From assembly GCA_003427395.1 (NCBI GenBank), contig BFEA01000039.1, positions 2,988,602-3,052,601 of the forward strand: 64,000 nucleotides of DNA, in the 5' to 3' direction. The notes beneath the pieces were generated by a model that had not been told where the DNA came from, did not search any database, and worked only from the letters and a program-made list of their open reading frames with translations. This DNA comes from Chara braunii (lineage: Eukaryota; Plantae; Charophyceae). Positions 1-14,124 of this stretch are shown in pieces; within the stretch, counting starts at the first letter, position 1; the number at the start of each line of letters is the position of its first letter. A program made the translations under genes and the position numbers.

Positions 1-2900
1 GGGGATGTCGGCACGGTGCTGTGTATGAGCAATAACGTTCAACTGGTGTTCATCATCTGCCATCTTTCAACGATTGGTAGATGGGAGGAAACAGCATTTG
101 GTAGAAGTTTGTGGCATTTGACAGGAGGGCAGGGGAAGATGTAGTCACTTGTCTGCCGTGGTCAAGACACATGTGTGAAAAAATCCTGACGAATCTTCTT
201 GCGGATGTGACTCCACCGAGGGCTGAAAGGGAGCTTCTGCCATAACTACTGCAGAAAGAGGAACAACTGAGCAAGATGCGATAGATTGCATCATCCCTTC
301 CTCTTGAGAGAGGTGACCATGTGTGCGTGGATTTGAACAGATCCCCGCTAGAAGCAAACGTATATTTGTGTCCCTTGTGAAATAACAACCTTTGGTAAGT
401 TGAGAGAAAGAAGAGTTTTGGGCAGTTTCAGCCAAATGCTGCCATCACCTGAGGCTGGTGCTAATGCGGATGGCAATTCTTGCTGTCTAGGTTTGGCGGG
501 GGCGGGGCTGATGAGTGGAATTGTCGTGGATAGGGAGGTACATTGTGCCTTGGGGCATCACTGATGCTGATGTTATGCAGTGGGCGCGTACACAAGGATG
601 GATCGCGGGCCATTCTGGCCAGTAGGTTGACTGAGGTTCAGCTGGGTGCACAAGGGGATGTGTTGAGTTTTCTGTCTGAAACCTTGTGCTGTCATGTACA
701 GGCCTGCTGATGGTGTGGACGCTGTACTTCTGTTGCCACGTCGAGAGTGAAACCTTTTGCTCCTGTGACAACTAGAAGTGACGAGTGGTTAGTCCCGTGG
801 ATGAGGGTTGTGCATGGGATGAGGAGTACGCAGGAGAATGCATCCGCTAATGTTTGAGCTATGTTGTGTGTGACGACTTCATGGTTGGTGACTCCGAAAC
901 TCTCTGACACATGGAAGGCATACGGAGTGTTGAATCTAGAGATGGGATGGGGTGCAAAAACCATGTGGAAGTCGTGACAAGAATGTTGACTTCTCATGGG
1001 ATGCAGGGAGGATAGGGCAGCAGAGACTCGACTTCAGGTGTTGTATGGCCTGTGTGTGAATGAATATGAAGGAAACGGTGCCCTCTGTGTGTGGGATGTG
1101 GACACAGCTGAGGTGTAATGATTGTCTATGTCACTAGTGGCTGAAGCAGGGTGCACCTCGTACTGTATGGTGTTGTGGTGCCCACTGAAAAACTGTACTG
1201 ACCATTGGAGGTGTATCACTTGCAATCCCAGACTGCAGAGGGGCTCTGCTGTCTTGGGAACATTGTTGTTTACACAGGGGACTTGTTGAGCAAGTGCTAT
1301 ATTCGTTCTGGTGGATTCGTTTGCATTGTCGCTGTGTAATGGACACACCGTTGACTGCTCCGACAGTGCTTTTGTAAAGAAGGATGGATGCACCAACGAC
1401 GGCTCCAACGGTGCTTTTATACACAAGTGTATGTTAGTTTGGTTTGTGAGACTGAAATTGTTTTACGTCTCCCGTAAATGAATGTTTTTTTTTTTGTTCC
1501 CAGTGAATTTTGTATGTTGAGTTTTTTCAGAAATCGCTGGCTGCCACAATTTTGTCCTCTTATTAATTAAAACAGGTAGGCCAGTAGGTCTTGATGTGAC
1601 TCGTTGTTATTGGTCTTTCTATCATGTGCTATTCTCTGGTAGTTGTGTTTTTCTTTTGTCTCTCATTTGTAACTGTTGGGCCCTGGTGGATGTTGTACCA
1701 TGCTCTGCTGTGGCTTGTCTGTGATGTGGTTTTGGCGGGCTGGTATTCTTTGTGCTTCTCGTTAAAAATGTCTGCCCTCCTTGGAGTGAAAGATGTCCGC
1801 AAAAAATAGCCGACCAATGGTCAGTATAAGCCCCACATGAGCACTGGGAGGGGTGTGCTTGAAGGTTATAAAGTACCTGATCACTGGTCAGCGTACGACC
1901 CGCTTAGAGAGGTGCGCTTGAAGAAGGTGACAAAATATGTGGTCTGTGGTTAAAGCAAGACCCACGAGAGGACTTCGGAGGGGTGAGCTTGAGGATGACA
2001 ATATACCTGATCAGTGGTCAATGTAAGATCCACACTATAAGACTTCGGGTGTGCTTGAAGGAGGCGACGAGGACTTCGGAGGGGTGAGCTTGAGGATGAC
2101 AATATACCTGATCAGTGGTCAAAGTTAGATCCACACTATAAGACTTCGGGTGTGCTTGAAGGAGGCGACAAAATGCTGAGGCGGGAAAGATGCTCTTTGG
2201 GAAAACAAGTGTGTGTGGATACCGGGAACTCCTCTTTGACTGTGTTGACGTCTATGCCTGATTCCTGGTGAGGGGTCGAGGCGACGATTCACATTTGATT
2301 ATTGCCAGTGACCACACTAAGACTTCGGGTGTGCTTGAAGGAGGCGACAAATGCTGAGGTGGGAAAGATGCTCTTTGGGAAAACAAGTGTGTGTGGATAC
2401 CGGGAACTCCTCTTTGACTATGTTGACATCTATGCCTGATTCTTGGTGAGGCGATGATTCACATTTAGATGATTGGCAGTGACGATCGATGGTCAATCCT
2501 GCAAGGCTGTACTAGCCCCGAGCCCCAGCGTTGCAAGATGTCTTCATGGCACATTCCTAATGTATCAGTGGCCCCAGCCAAAAAAGAAACAAGTGAGCCA
2601 CTGGTGGTTCAGCAAAGCTTGGCGTGCAGCATCACCGGTGTGCTGCTGGTTTAAAACACACCAATACAGGGAGCCCTTCTGCGGGCCTGTGGCAGGCTTT
2701 CTGTTGCGACGCGTGAGTAATAAGTGAATCCATTAGACTTCCCCGGTAGGGCAGTATGCCAAAGCGCCGCCCACTTGTATACTTCTCCACTTGTTTTGGT
2801 GGGCTTGAGATTTCTCACCATGGTTGAGCAGCTGCTGCTGCTTTTTTTCTTTAAAAAAAAAGTGTTGTATTACAAAGGTTTAACCTTCGTTGCTGGAAAC
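1..2900 (-). mobile_element. Highly decayed L1-type LINE fragment (ORF1 remnant about 2.5-2.8 kb, endonuclease/linker remnants 1-1.4 kb); runs off the window start
   Basis: Minus-strand fragments: 'TLADAF' (APE endonuclease region), 'ALLSNATNFYQMLF' (post-endonuclease FY..LF linker), 'DAARQALLNHQWL..F' (resembles the L1 ORF1 RRM/DUF4283 region). Many stops and frameshifts; right boundary approximate. Confidence 0.5.
1815..2470. repeat. Complex tandem repeats (about 60-bp units and a ~180-bp duplication)
   Basis: Recurring 'ctgatcagtggtca...ccac...gacttcggg...gtgcttgaagga' units; about 2130-2300 is repeated at about 2311-2470. Confidence 0.85.
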
Positions 2901-3082
2901 GTCACAATACAACCCTGACATAGTGGGGCCACTATCTACCTTGAAGTTTGGCTTGGGCAGGAAACTGGGTCCAGCATTCACCCTTTCTCGCAATTACTTG
3001 TTAGAAAAGCAAAACAAAGTTTAACAAACAATACAACTGGATCAGGAAATTCAAAGGTGAAAACCCCACATCTTGAAAACTA

Positions 3083-3187
3083 CCTTCTTCCCCCAAATAC
3101 AACGTACGGTCATTATAGCTGTATTTGATGCATGTTTCAGTCTAGATACAGCTATCATGACCGTATGTTGTATTCGGGGGAAGAAGG
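3083..3187. mobile_element. 105-bp hairpin MITE, Tc1/mariner-type (copy 1)
   Basis: TA|CCTTCTTCCCCC...GGGGGAAGAAGG|TA: long terminal inverted repeats with TA on both sides. Confidence 0.8.
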
Positions 3188-3400
3188 TAGTTCTTGAAGG
3201 GGAGTAGGGGAATTGGACAGTGCTCCGGCGGCAGTGCTCAGTTATGGTGGTGCTAACTTTCAGACTAGCGATAGCAAGAACGACCGGTGCGTTTTGTACA
3301 ATGAGACAACTTTCGTCAAAGTTACTGATGTGATTGATTCCTCTCGCAATAGTCAATCTAGGGTGGTTTGTGGTGAAAGATTAGTGGGTAGAGAATGCAC

Positions 3401-3527
3401 CTCTTATCCAGGTTGATAGTACGGTCCCCTTGTCTATCACAATCTCCTTGCTCCACCATTTTCTCTTATCCAGGTTGATAGTACGGTCGCCTTGTCTATC
3501 ACAATCTCCTTGCTCCACCATTTTCTC
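3401..3527. repeat. 62-bp tandem duplication
   Basis: 'ctcttatccaggttgatagtacggtc' starts at 3401 and again at 3463. Confidence 0.85.
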
Positions 3528-3554
3528 TTTTACCAACTGCCTAGGAGTAGCCTA

Positions 3555-3659
3555 CCATCTTCACTCGAATAGAACGCCCGGTCATTATCACTGTATCTAG
3601 ACTGAAAGTTGCACCGAATACGGCTATAATGACCGGGCGTTCTATTCAGGTGAAGATGG
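3555..3659. mobile_element. 105-bp hairpin MITE (copy 2, opposite orientation)
   Basis: TA|CCATCTTCAC...GTGAAGATGG|TA; internal tctagactgaaa is the reverse complement of copy 1's tttcagtctaga; same length. Confidence 0.8.
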
Positions 3660-3914
3660 TAGGTTGCACCTCTTATCTCTCCCGCAGTTCTTCTGCTGGT
3701 TGATGAAGAGTTTAACTTTTTTCAGTGAAGGAATTATGCAACTAAGTTGCGTCTGTGCAAGGTTATATCACATAGCGAGATCTTAGTTTTGGAAATGTTT
3801 ATGCAAGAATGACAATGAAAGGAGGTAGCTCCTTGAGATGTCAAACAACGAGCGCTGCATCTCTCGTAGTGTGGAGGATAAAGTTCGAATGAAATGAATG
3901 TTAAATGCTTGCTA

Positions 3915-3915
<1 letters not shown>

Positions 3916-3959
<44 letters not shown>
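3916..3959 (+). repeat. Poly(A) tract
   Basis: About 44 consecutive A. Confidence 0.9.
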
Positions 3960-6900
3960 NCTACAACAACAGAATTATACTGTGTCGCATGTAACAAGTA
4001 GGCGCAAGCAGGAATTGCAAACTGGAGTGTATCATGTAAAGTTTATGATTACCAATGTTATAGTTCAATTGAGTAAGACTGTGTTGGAAAGTCTTAGAAG
4101 GGCTTGTTAGGGATCGTGAGGGTTGTGAGCACTGTGGCAGCCTACTGCATGAGTAGTTCCCTAATAGGTCATTAGATATTTACAGACTGATCTCAGCCGA
4201 AGCCGGGTAATGGCCCCGGTATCTCAAATGATCTCACATTTTCTCAATGATCTGTACAATTCGATATGGGACGCTGGGCCCGGTTCCCAGCACGTGCTGC
4301 TCCCCACGAATAAACTGGAGCATTTGTAAGTTCAATTGCATGCGGATTGGTTGAAGGAGAATGTGGTTACCATCCCATTTGCGGATGATTTTTTTTTCGC
4401 TACCCTACCAGCTAATATTCAACATTTACAGAGGTGTTAAAATTTTGAACAGCCCCCGTGTTAAACAAAACAAAACAGAGGGGAGGGGGAAGGGGGGTGA
4501 GGTTTTGACTCTTTAGTATCTTCACCGCTTCGGAGTTCTTATAATCTTCACCATGAATATACATCTAGACGGTGAACATTTTGAAGCACTGAAGGTGTTG
4601 CAAATTGTGAACACCCCCCTTCAAAAAAAACAAATGAGGAGGAGGAAGGATGAGGGTTCGGAGTTTTTTGCATTTTCAATTTTCAAAATCTTCATTGTTA
4701 ATATGCACCAGGACATTCGGGGCGGGGAAATTTTCAGCATCTTCACCACTTCAAAGTTCAATTTCAACATATGTACGGACACATGGGGACATTTAAAATA
4801 TTTGACATTTTCACCACTTGAAAAATTTCAGAATATTCAACATCTGTCCAAATAGGGGCATTCAACATTTTCAACACCTTAAGAGTTTGTTGAAACTCGG
4901 TTCCAGAAACACCTGAAATCGCTGATTTTTTCCCATTTCAGAATAACTTTCAATGAAGATTCAGCAAGTCGTTGATCCCTTACGCTGGCCACAATTGGGG
5001 AACTAATTGACAAGTTGATAACACAACAACATATGACTCACACCTTGAGGCTGTCACGGGAACTGGTAGAGTCGAGCACATTGAGTAGCAACGTGACAAG
5101 TCAGGCCAGGCGACACACTGTGGAGTTCACCCCCTTGGGAATATGGAAAAAAAATACAATTCATGAACAGCGGAGCGCACACGGTACGCACAATTTGCAG
5201 TCAGATACTGCTCAACAATGGATTCATTTATGCTAGCCAAGAAGACTCCTTTCCATGGCAGGGGAGGGGTGCATTTGGAAGACAATGTGCCGAACACAGT
5301 ACTTACGGGATCGACCACGAATGGGACGAAAGGACTAAGGATTGACGAAATGATAAGGACATGGCAAGTACCTTGTCGCACAAAACATAAAAGGAATCGA
5401 AGGTTGCGGGGAATTCGGCATGCTATCCTCACGCAATGGGTGAAAATGTTGAAACAAGACATACTTAGAAAGGGGGAGCGGGTGAGGATTAGGGGTGACA
5501 CTCACCCCAGGGTGATATGTAGGGTGGTGGAGGATACTCATGGGTACCAAGTACTCGCCACAAAATTGAAGGTGTGAACGGGGATGAAAGGATTAGGGGA
5601 GCCATTGCTAGGACATCAGGAGGATGGTGACCCCCCTCAAAGGAGAATGGCTAAAGCAGCAGTGAAAAGTGTGTTGGTCTGTCGGGGAGTCAGGTTGGAG
5701 AAATAATAGTGTTTTCTCTTTCCGGATATCGGTCAGGAAGAGCAAAATAATATGCGACCCGCAGGAATGGACATGGTAAATACAGAATCACCACAAGAAG
5801 AAATTCTACTTGCAGCAACGGACATGGTCAAAACAGATGCACCACAAGAAGAAGTTCTACCTGCAGTCACTAAGCATACAACAAATCTACGGGTTCATCC
5901 TTCCAAAGGAGGAAACATGGGAAGAATTGAGAACAGAGATTGGCTCCCGATGGCACACGTGGAGATGGATTGGGCAAAGGTGGAGGGAACAATGTGCCTT
6001 GATGGTGACCCTCGTGCACCAGAAACATGTGGATGTGTTAAGCCACCAGTACATCCAACTATCGGTCGCGGACCCTTTTCGGAGGCCTCCCACCACCGAT
6101 TCAATTTATCTACGACGCTGGGCCTTCAAAATTTTTGTAGGCGACGAGTTTTCTATTCAGCAAGGCTGGGCTGTGTACTGGTGGCTTAAGGCAAATAGCC
6201 CACCAGGCGGTTCTTAGAGAAGAATGGCAGGCGTCCAAGAGTCCATACAAGAATACTATATGCACGGCAACATAGGCCCAAACGGAGACAATCCCTCACT
6301 TCCTTGTGCACTGCTCAGTGGTGCAGACCTTCATGGAATGGTGGCCCAAGGACCTTATAGACAAGTTAGCATCGTAGGTGACAAAAAAAACTACGATGCA
6401 ATGATCCTACTTGGGATGATAATGAAGGCACTCAGACTGAAACAGGACTGACTGGTGGCAGGGAAAATTCTACGTGTAGAGGCTCTATTTGTCATTATAG
6501 TGTCAAGTTACACTAGCATTAGGAGGTAATTAAATGAGGATGATGAGTTTTGCTTAGCTCAAGTTGTCGATGTGCCAGTAGTCTGGGCAAGAGGGTTATT
6601 GATGAGCCTGAATTTAAGGGCATGATATTAAGTTTGTTTTTAGCCGAATTAGGTTGTTCGATCATGAATATATTGAAACCTGCACCACTTGGGAGTTGGT
6701 GTGACTAATGGTGAGCGTGTGATATGACAGGTATCGTGACAAATGTTGAGCCCAGTCCTTTCAGCGGAACCGCTGGTGGTGGCAATCGATAATGAGTTTG
6801 AATCATTTGTGGGTTACTAAGTTGTATTTAGTAGAGCAATGGAGATTATTTTGTTGAAGGTTTGGCTAGTTTAAAGAGAGATCTATGTTTAAAATTTAAA

Positions 6901-8269
6901 TACGTGCGGCATATGTTTTATCTTTTTATGCGAATAGATTTGTCTGTTTCTATGGTTATGTATTTACAATGGTTTGTTTGATGCCTGATTGATAGCACAT
7001 GTATGGATTGCCTTCCATTCAAAAGGAGCATGGACCCTACGTGAAATTTATGTCCGACATGGGACAAGTGGTGAATGGAGTAACTCGCCGTTGCGGGAAG
7101 ATGATTTTTCCTGAAGGGAGTCAAAATGCATAGTCTAATTCCGATGGAAGTGCAACCTTGAGGTGTTACTCCCTCGTTGAAGCTTAAGAAAACAGCAGTC
7201 GGTCCAGGAAATGGTACTGAGACCCACGCCAAAACTATGTTATTGGTCCTTAGTGGGGTGTTGTTACCTTTCCTCCAGATAGGAAAGAAACTACATTATC
7301 ATATAAGAAAAGAAAATGACACTTACAACCTTACTTGAACATTCACGGTGAAGTGGGGTAGTTACTGCTTACCAAGGGCGGTTTTGGAGTAACGCCATTG
7401 AGTCATTTATGTTAAGTAGGGTAACTATATTTGTAAAAGCGCGGGTTCGTTGTTCGTTATTTGGATAGGTATGAATGAAGTTGTTCAACTGAACCTTATA
7501 AATTTAGTAAGGTGCACACACTAAAATCAGAGGGGATTGCGGTGAGGCTTGATCCTTAGAGTGGGGCTCGGGTGTCAAAATGTTATCCCAAAAGGATTAC
7601 ACTGCTCCTTGGTGTTTATGCTTCACTCAAAAACTAAGGAGTAACAACAATATCATTATTATTATTCACCGATAGTCTAAGACCCATTTTCCCATTCCAG
7701 AGTTAACAATATAGTCTTGAAAGTTATTATGTTGCATGATTGGTGGTTAAGTTTGTATTATGTTGAATGTTTATAAGGCATCTTGTGCATGACTGTTATA
7801 TTGCTATCAAATACTTGTGACTATCATAATGCAGAACAGTGTCGTAAGTTCATGTTGTTTACTTGAGATTGTATTATACATTAGGCTTATAATTGAAGTC
7901 TCTGTTTACGTGGTATTTACGTGTTGTATTATTCTTTGACGGTGAAAGTGGTAGTTTGTATGATGCTTGAGTCATGTTTTGAGAGTCTTTTGTGCTTATC
8001 AGTATGTATTTCGGACATTGACTAGTGCAGGCATGAATGAGTATTTTATCGTAGACTCTTTTCGATACCTTTGTCGTTCTGAATATGTTTTCGTGTGCAC
8101 TCGTATGATGAGTATTGCGATAGTATTAGTGAAGTGGATTTTTGGTATAATTATTTGTTTAAATTACGTAATTTATGTAAAGTTTTAGCCATGAGACCGC
8201 TCATTGTTTGTTCAACAAAAGAAGAGTCAGAGAATGCTCAAGGGACAATTGAGGTCGAAAAAATCGTTG

Positions 8270-8716
8270 ATTTGCTGGACTAGTGGGAATGGAAACATAG
8301 CAATCTGCCAAAGATTGAGATCAGGTTTTTCAAAGACGATCATGTTTTGATTCCATCTTCCATGATAAGTTTGTGTAGTTCGTGTCCGACTATAAGTGAA
8401 AAGAGGAACAAATGTTGAATAAGGTATAGAAACAAGTTTCATTATGATTGAAAAAGCAAAGTCGTTTTGGAGCAAGTTTTATTATGAAATGTGGAAGACA
8501 TACCGACTGGGTGAGGATAGACTGACTAAAGAGGACCTCGAGAAAGTAAATCGATATCACTACGTGTCAGTAAGGCAGTTTCTGGCACAGTTGGAACAGG
8601 CTTACCACAAAATCTGGGTGCTATTAAAATATGAGAAGTGTATCGACTTCCTTATGATTTTTTTTTATTCGGAGCAGCGTGATCTAATTTATGGAACAGA
8701 AGGGAGGCTTATATGA
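8270..8716 (+). pseudogene. Probable degenerate Ty3/Gypsy gag remnant
   Basis: 'FWSKFYYEMWKTYRLGE..LT.EDL.....Y.SVRQFLAQLE...EKCIDFL' matches the W..F...M / SV..F...E pattern of retrotransposon gag domains. Recognised by eye only. Confidence 0.4.
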
Positions 8717-9743
8717 GACAAGATTAAAAAACATTATATAGAAGGGGACTTTGATCAATACCTATGTCATACACTACAGGAAGCAAGGAGGAGAAAAAAG
8801 ATGCAAGATCATGGCCATAACAAGTTTGACCAGAGGACGTCGGACGTTGCAACAGGTGCTCCTGAGGGTACACAGGGCGTGCCCGAGAGGGGTTGTAAGG
8901 GGATCGAACAAAATCACAAGATGGGTAAAAAGAAAATAAACGAGTCCAGTATTGAGGGGAAAGAAGAGAAGACTGAAGTCAAGGACGTTGTAACACAGAC
9001 TTGTGTGAGGACAATTTACCTTCCAAACGGAAAGGAAAAATAAAAGAAAGGAGATCAAACAAAAGGTAGTATAACCCTGACTCTCATTGCGTCTAATCCC
9101 CAAGAAGGTTGTGGTGATAAGGATGCATCGTTATTTGAAAGTTGGAAAGGTTGGTTGTAAGGTAAAATGAGGGCGAAAGCGATGAGAGAAGATAGTGTGT
9201 GGTTGTTGTGGGAAGCTAATTTATGGAACAGAAGGGAGGCTTATATGAGACAAGATTAAAAAACATTATATAGAAGGGGACTTTGATCAACACCTATGTC
9301 ATACACTACAGGAAGCAAGGAGGAGAAAGAAGATGCAAGATCATGGCCATAACAAGTTTGACCAGAGGACGTCGGACGTTGCAACAGGTGCTCCTGAGGG
9401 TATAAAGGGCGTGCCCGAGAGGGGTTGTAAGGGGATCGAACAAAATCACAAGATGGGTAAAAAGAAAATAAACGAGTCCAGTATTAAGGGGAAAGAAGAG
9501 AAGATTGAAGTCAAGGACGTTGTAACACAGACTTGTGTGAGGACAATTTACCTTCCAAACGGAAAGGAAAAATAAAAGCAAGGAAATCAAACAAAATGTA
9601 GTATAACCCTGACGCTCATTGCGTCTAATCCCCAAAAAGGTTGTGGTGATAAGGATGCATCGTTATTTGGAAGTTGGAAAGGTTGTATGGTAAAATGAGG
9701 GCGAGAGCGATGAGAGAAGATAGTGTGTGGTTGTTGTGGGAAG
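8684..9743. repeat. Near-identical 532-bp tandem duplication
   Basis: 'ctaatttatggaacagaagggagg' at 8684 and 9216; the duplicated ORFs 8801/9333 and 8774/9306 are offset by 532. Confidence 0.95.
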
Positions 9744-10022
9744 GTTTGCCATACACCTCACGAGTGCAATGTGGCGAAAAACACATTGAAGGGTGAAACC
9801 GTTGACTCTATATAAAAAGAAAGTGCTCCCGATAGCTATTACCATCTCATTTAGACCGTCTATAGCGGGAAAGAGGATGAAATTATGCCGATTGGTTTTT
9901 AGCAGCTTATGAATGAGTGATTGATATATTTGGACATAGCACAATACCTACTCGTTAAGGTGGATAACATTGTTTGTTTGGAGTAGAACTAGTGAGATCG
10001 TTTTAATATAAAGGACCTAGCT

Positions 10023-10024
<2 letters not shown>

Positions 10025-10055
<31 letters not shown>

Positions 10056-10081
10056 CCGATATATATATATATATATATATA
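10025..10081. repeat. (TA)n microsatellite, interrupted
   Basis: Direct reading. Confidence 0.9.
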
Positions 10082-13000
10082 GTTTCGATTTTGAGTGAAG
10101 GTTATTACCTCTTTGTAATTAGATTGTACGTACATTCTGGACCTGATTGTGCATAATTATTAAGTGGTTTGGATACAAATGGACGTTCTCTATGGTTAGG
10201 TTGTACATACACTTAACGTTTGGTTATCTCCACAAAAGTATTTGAAACTACGTTACGTATATAAGTCCATCACGACCCGTGAGGTAGGTCATACGAGGTC
10301 ATTAGTGTTCTGTTGAAACTTGATTCGTGATTCGTGGAGATTGAGGATAATTTGAGTTTCGTTGGGAACCACCATGATACGGGTTCTTAATATCCTTCAA
10401 TTTGCAGATTTGTGCGCATTGTGGTTGTCGTCATTGTTCATATCATTAAGGGTTTGTTCTTGTGATAACGTTTGAGTTGAGTATATGTGTGTTGTGTTAA
10501 AGTTTAAATGGTTTGAAAGAGGGTTAAGAGTATGAGAGAAATGAGGTTTATTTCATTAAATTTTAAATGTGGTGTGCTCAGACAATTCAGAACCCAAAAA
10601 AGTTGAATAAATGGTAATATTGTGGTTATGAGTGAGACATATTCGGGATCTGAGAGATACGGAGGTGATTTTAACTATTAGATTGAAAGAGCCTTTGCCT
10701 AAAGTGGAAAATGAGTTCGCTTAAAAGGTTTAACCTCCACCTTCGTTTGATACGTTCACTTTGCCTAGTCATACAAAAAACAGTAGGAGAGTTGTCTGCG
10801 ACAGGGAAACCCGCCATTGGGTTGCGAGTGGTTTTGTCTGTGACAAAGGGTAAGAAAAACACCGTCATGAATCAACATTCCCGCTTAGCCTAGTCACATA
10901 ACAGTCGGTGGAGGAGTTGTCTGGGGCAGGGAAGCCCACCATGTTCAGGGACCCTTCACTTGTACTTGTTGTAGGCTGCAAGTGGTCTCGTTTGTGACTG
11001 TGAATTCCTATACTTATGAAAATATAAGTGGGTTTTGTGAAATAAAAATTATAAAATTACTTATAACAGCCAGTGAAGTAGTCGTTTGCGGTAGAGAAAC
11101 CCGCCATGTTTTGGGACCCTACACCAAACCTTGTTGTGGACTGGAAGAGACATTACATTTTTATATTTGTATATTAAAAAAAAGTACACTTACTAAAGAA
11201 TTTTTTTAAATAAAATTGATGAATTTGTTTATGATTAGGATCTGTTAAAAAAAAATGATGAAGTTATTTTGAAAAATTAGAAAAGATATCTGCCAAGCAG
11301 GTTTTGTGGTTGAAATGGATAATTCTGTTTGAAATGACAACTTGTGAGATTGGTTTTGGCGGGGCTCGATGCATATTACACATCGATGGTTTGCATGGCA
11401 ATGTCATTCATGTTATTTTAAATACTATTGTGCCCGGTGTCGAGCGCATCGGCTCCAACTTTTTTTCGCAAAAGGCGAGAGCCCTCCCGACCATGTCACG
11501 CAAGAGTAAAAAAAACAAAACTTAGACAACTTAGAGACGACGAGTAAGTAATCCCACAAACCGCCGCGACGGACGTGGTTGCATCGTCTTTTCGTCGCTT
11601 GAGCCAGGTGCGTCAGTCGTACCGCTTGTGCTCCCCCACGACAGGATAGGTTTCCATGAGGCATAACCTACCTTCCCTAAGGGGTTATCACCACCCTTAA
11701 GGGCATATCCCTACCGAGATATTAACCCACGTTAGAAAGTTTTTATATGCAATCGCAGTGATAGGTCAGCTGAGTGTGTTTGCTCGTTCAGTGCAGTATA
11801 AGAACGCTTGGTAAAACGTGATCTAAACCCAGACGTCATCTGTTCTTCAGGACGCTGATTTCCTAGGTAGGAAACGAACGTCGGTCGACTAGGACGGTCT
11901 CAACCAAGTGCGAAACCCACAACTCAATCCTGGTTCCTTAAACACTAACAAAAAACAAATGATAATGCCCGCACTCAATTACATCGAAACAAATTGGTCG
12001 TAGTCGATAAGCAGGTATATACGACTCAACATAAGTTGAAACGATAACTGAAAGAACCTAAGCATCGCATGGTAGAACTAATAACGCAAAATCGCAATAA
12101 AAACCCAACCACCTTAAGTCGAACTTGATTAAAAAAAAAAATATTAAGAAGGTATGCATCACAAGAATACTAAGATTCTCGATAATAAAAAAATAGCAAA
12201 ACAATAATGGGAGTTACAAAAAACATGATTTAACGGATCCTATTCTGCATGCTAAGTTAGCTAAAGGCATGGACCAAAATTTTTATGGTGAGGCTGCTTG
12301 GCCTAGTGACTTACTTAGGGTAGCCAGACTACCCTTCTTCTAACTTGATGAGACGCGTTGCCAAAGTCATCCATCCCCCCTACGACCGACCTAATATTAA
12401 GTGCGCACACACCCGTGTATATACGTTTTAGTCTTCTTTTGATGATAGACTGCTTTGCAGATGATTCTTAATCAAGTGCATAACTCAAAGTGTTGCATGT
12501 CCCACCCTCTAGGAAGTGGTCTGGGGTACTTCTCCTCCTTGCCCGAGCACAAAGCTCGAATCTCAGAAGTCGGGTCGTCTTGACGAGATATTCATTATCA
12601 TCCTGCACATTTGATGACTCGTAGGGCGGTAAGCGTGAATGCGGTTGATCTCACTACCCTCTCGCTTGTAGTTAGTCCGTGGCCAAAAACAAGTTCTCTT
12701 TGTGTTGTTACTAAAGTGTTTCGTATCAACTACGACTCTGCGGTAACCCGACCAGAATGTCGACCAGGTTCACTGAAGTTTGCAACGAAGGTGATCAAAG
12801 GTGTGTGGCAGGTGAGAGTACATGAGAAAGGAGGTAAGGACGAGTGAGAGTATATAAGAAAGGAGACAAGGACAAATAGAGGAACAAGAAGCAGTAATGG
12901 TACCTACCTAAGTGGGAAAAAAAGACCAGGTCGTCCCCTTTCATGTCTGTGATCCTGAGCACGACCACAACTAGAGATGTTCGCAGTGGAGAGTTGTGTT

Positions 13001-14124
13001 AGAGCGAATTGAGGAGGATTGTTGCTGGGGGACGGTGTCTTTCATTTTTTGGCTTGCGCTGCAATACTTCTGGGTCCTACTTAACCCCGGGTCGTGACTA
13101 TGTCGTTCACCTCAATGGGTTCGTTGGTTCTGAGGAGATTGGCGCACACTATTCTAGATTTCGCGTATATCTCGCTGAGGTGTCGGCCAAATCTCGTGGG
13201 TACATCATACCGACGAAGAGGAGAGCAATCACGTGGAGATTAAGTAGGGAAAACGAGATTAACCCGAGTAGAGGCTCTGGATTTGGGAGAGAGGTTGACT
13301 CAGTCGAGTGAGGCATGGTGAGGTCAACAGATTGAGAGTTTTTTCAAGGTATTATGGGAGCGGTGGTGAAAAGACGACAACGAGTGAAAGGAGGAAGAAC
13401 ACATACTTGATCAACGGTCTGCATGATCGACATCTGCATGTACTTCGATCGTTGCTGCTAACACCAACAAACCGCTTCGTTGGTCATAACTTATGAGATA
13501 GTAATAATGTGGTCATAGTTTGGACGTTAGGAGTCGTTAAAGAGAAAGAGTTTCGTTCACATTTGTGGTTGTGACAAGCGTATGCTTGCATTGACATTTG
13601 AGTTCATCGTTTTCAAATTGGTTTTCCGCCAATAATATAGTTGTGCATATCAGTTTCCCAGACACCTATTTGACTATCTAGTTTTCTATATGATATTGCA
13701 ATTTGAAAGTCTTCCATTCTGATATTGCTCATTAATTTCCCCTACACGTGAACCCAGGGAGGATCCTGCTCTGATTCACTGAGCAGGAAGATGTGAGGTG
13801 CAGATCGGAAATAGCAAGGTTGAACTAAAGATGGTAAGAGGGAGAAATATACTCACTAGTGGGTTGTGACTTACGATCGAGTTGTTGCAGTTCGTTGTTC
13901 AAAGTTGCAGTTAATGCTAGAACTAAGAGAAGTTGATGATGAGACTATGAACTGTTGTTGAGGCTGCGCTTTTGCTGATCATTTTACTATTGTTGCCACT
14001 ACTGTACTCCAAACTGCTGTTGCACTGCAGTTTATTATTGTTGATTAGTATACAATTGGCTACTGCTATTGCTAAATTTCCTCGCCACCCTTTACTCATA
14101 AGCGGTTAACGGGTAGCTGAAAAT

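Noticed and set aside
11493-13800. Possible minus-strand LTR retrotransposon (TGTCACG at 11493, PBS-like gctctgattca near 13768, weak zinc-knuckle/EYLVK words)
   Set aside because: Too degenerate; no TSD or paired LTR found.
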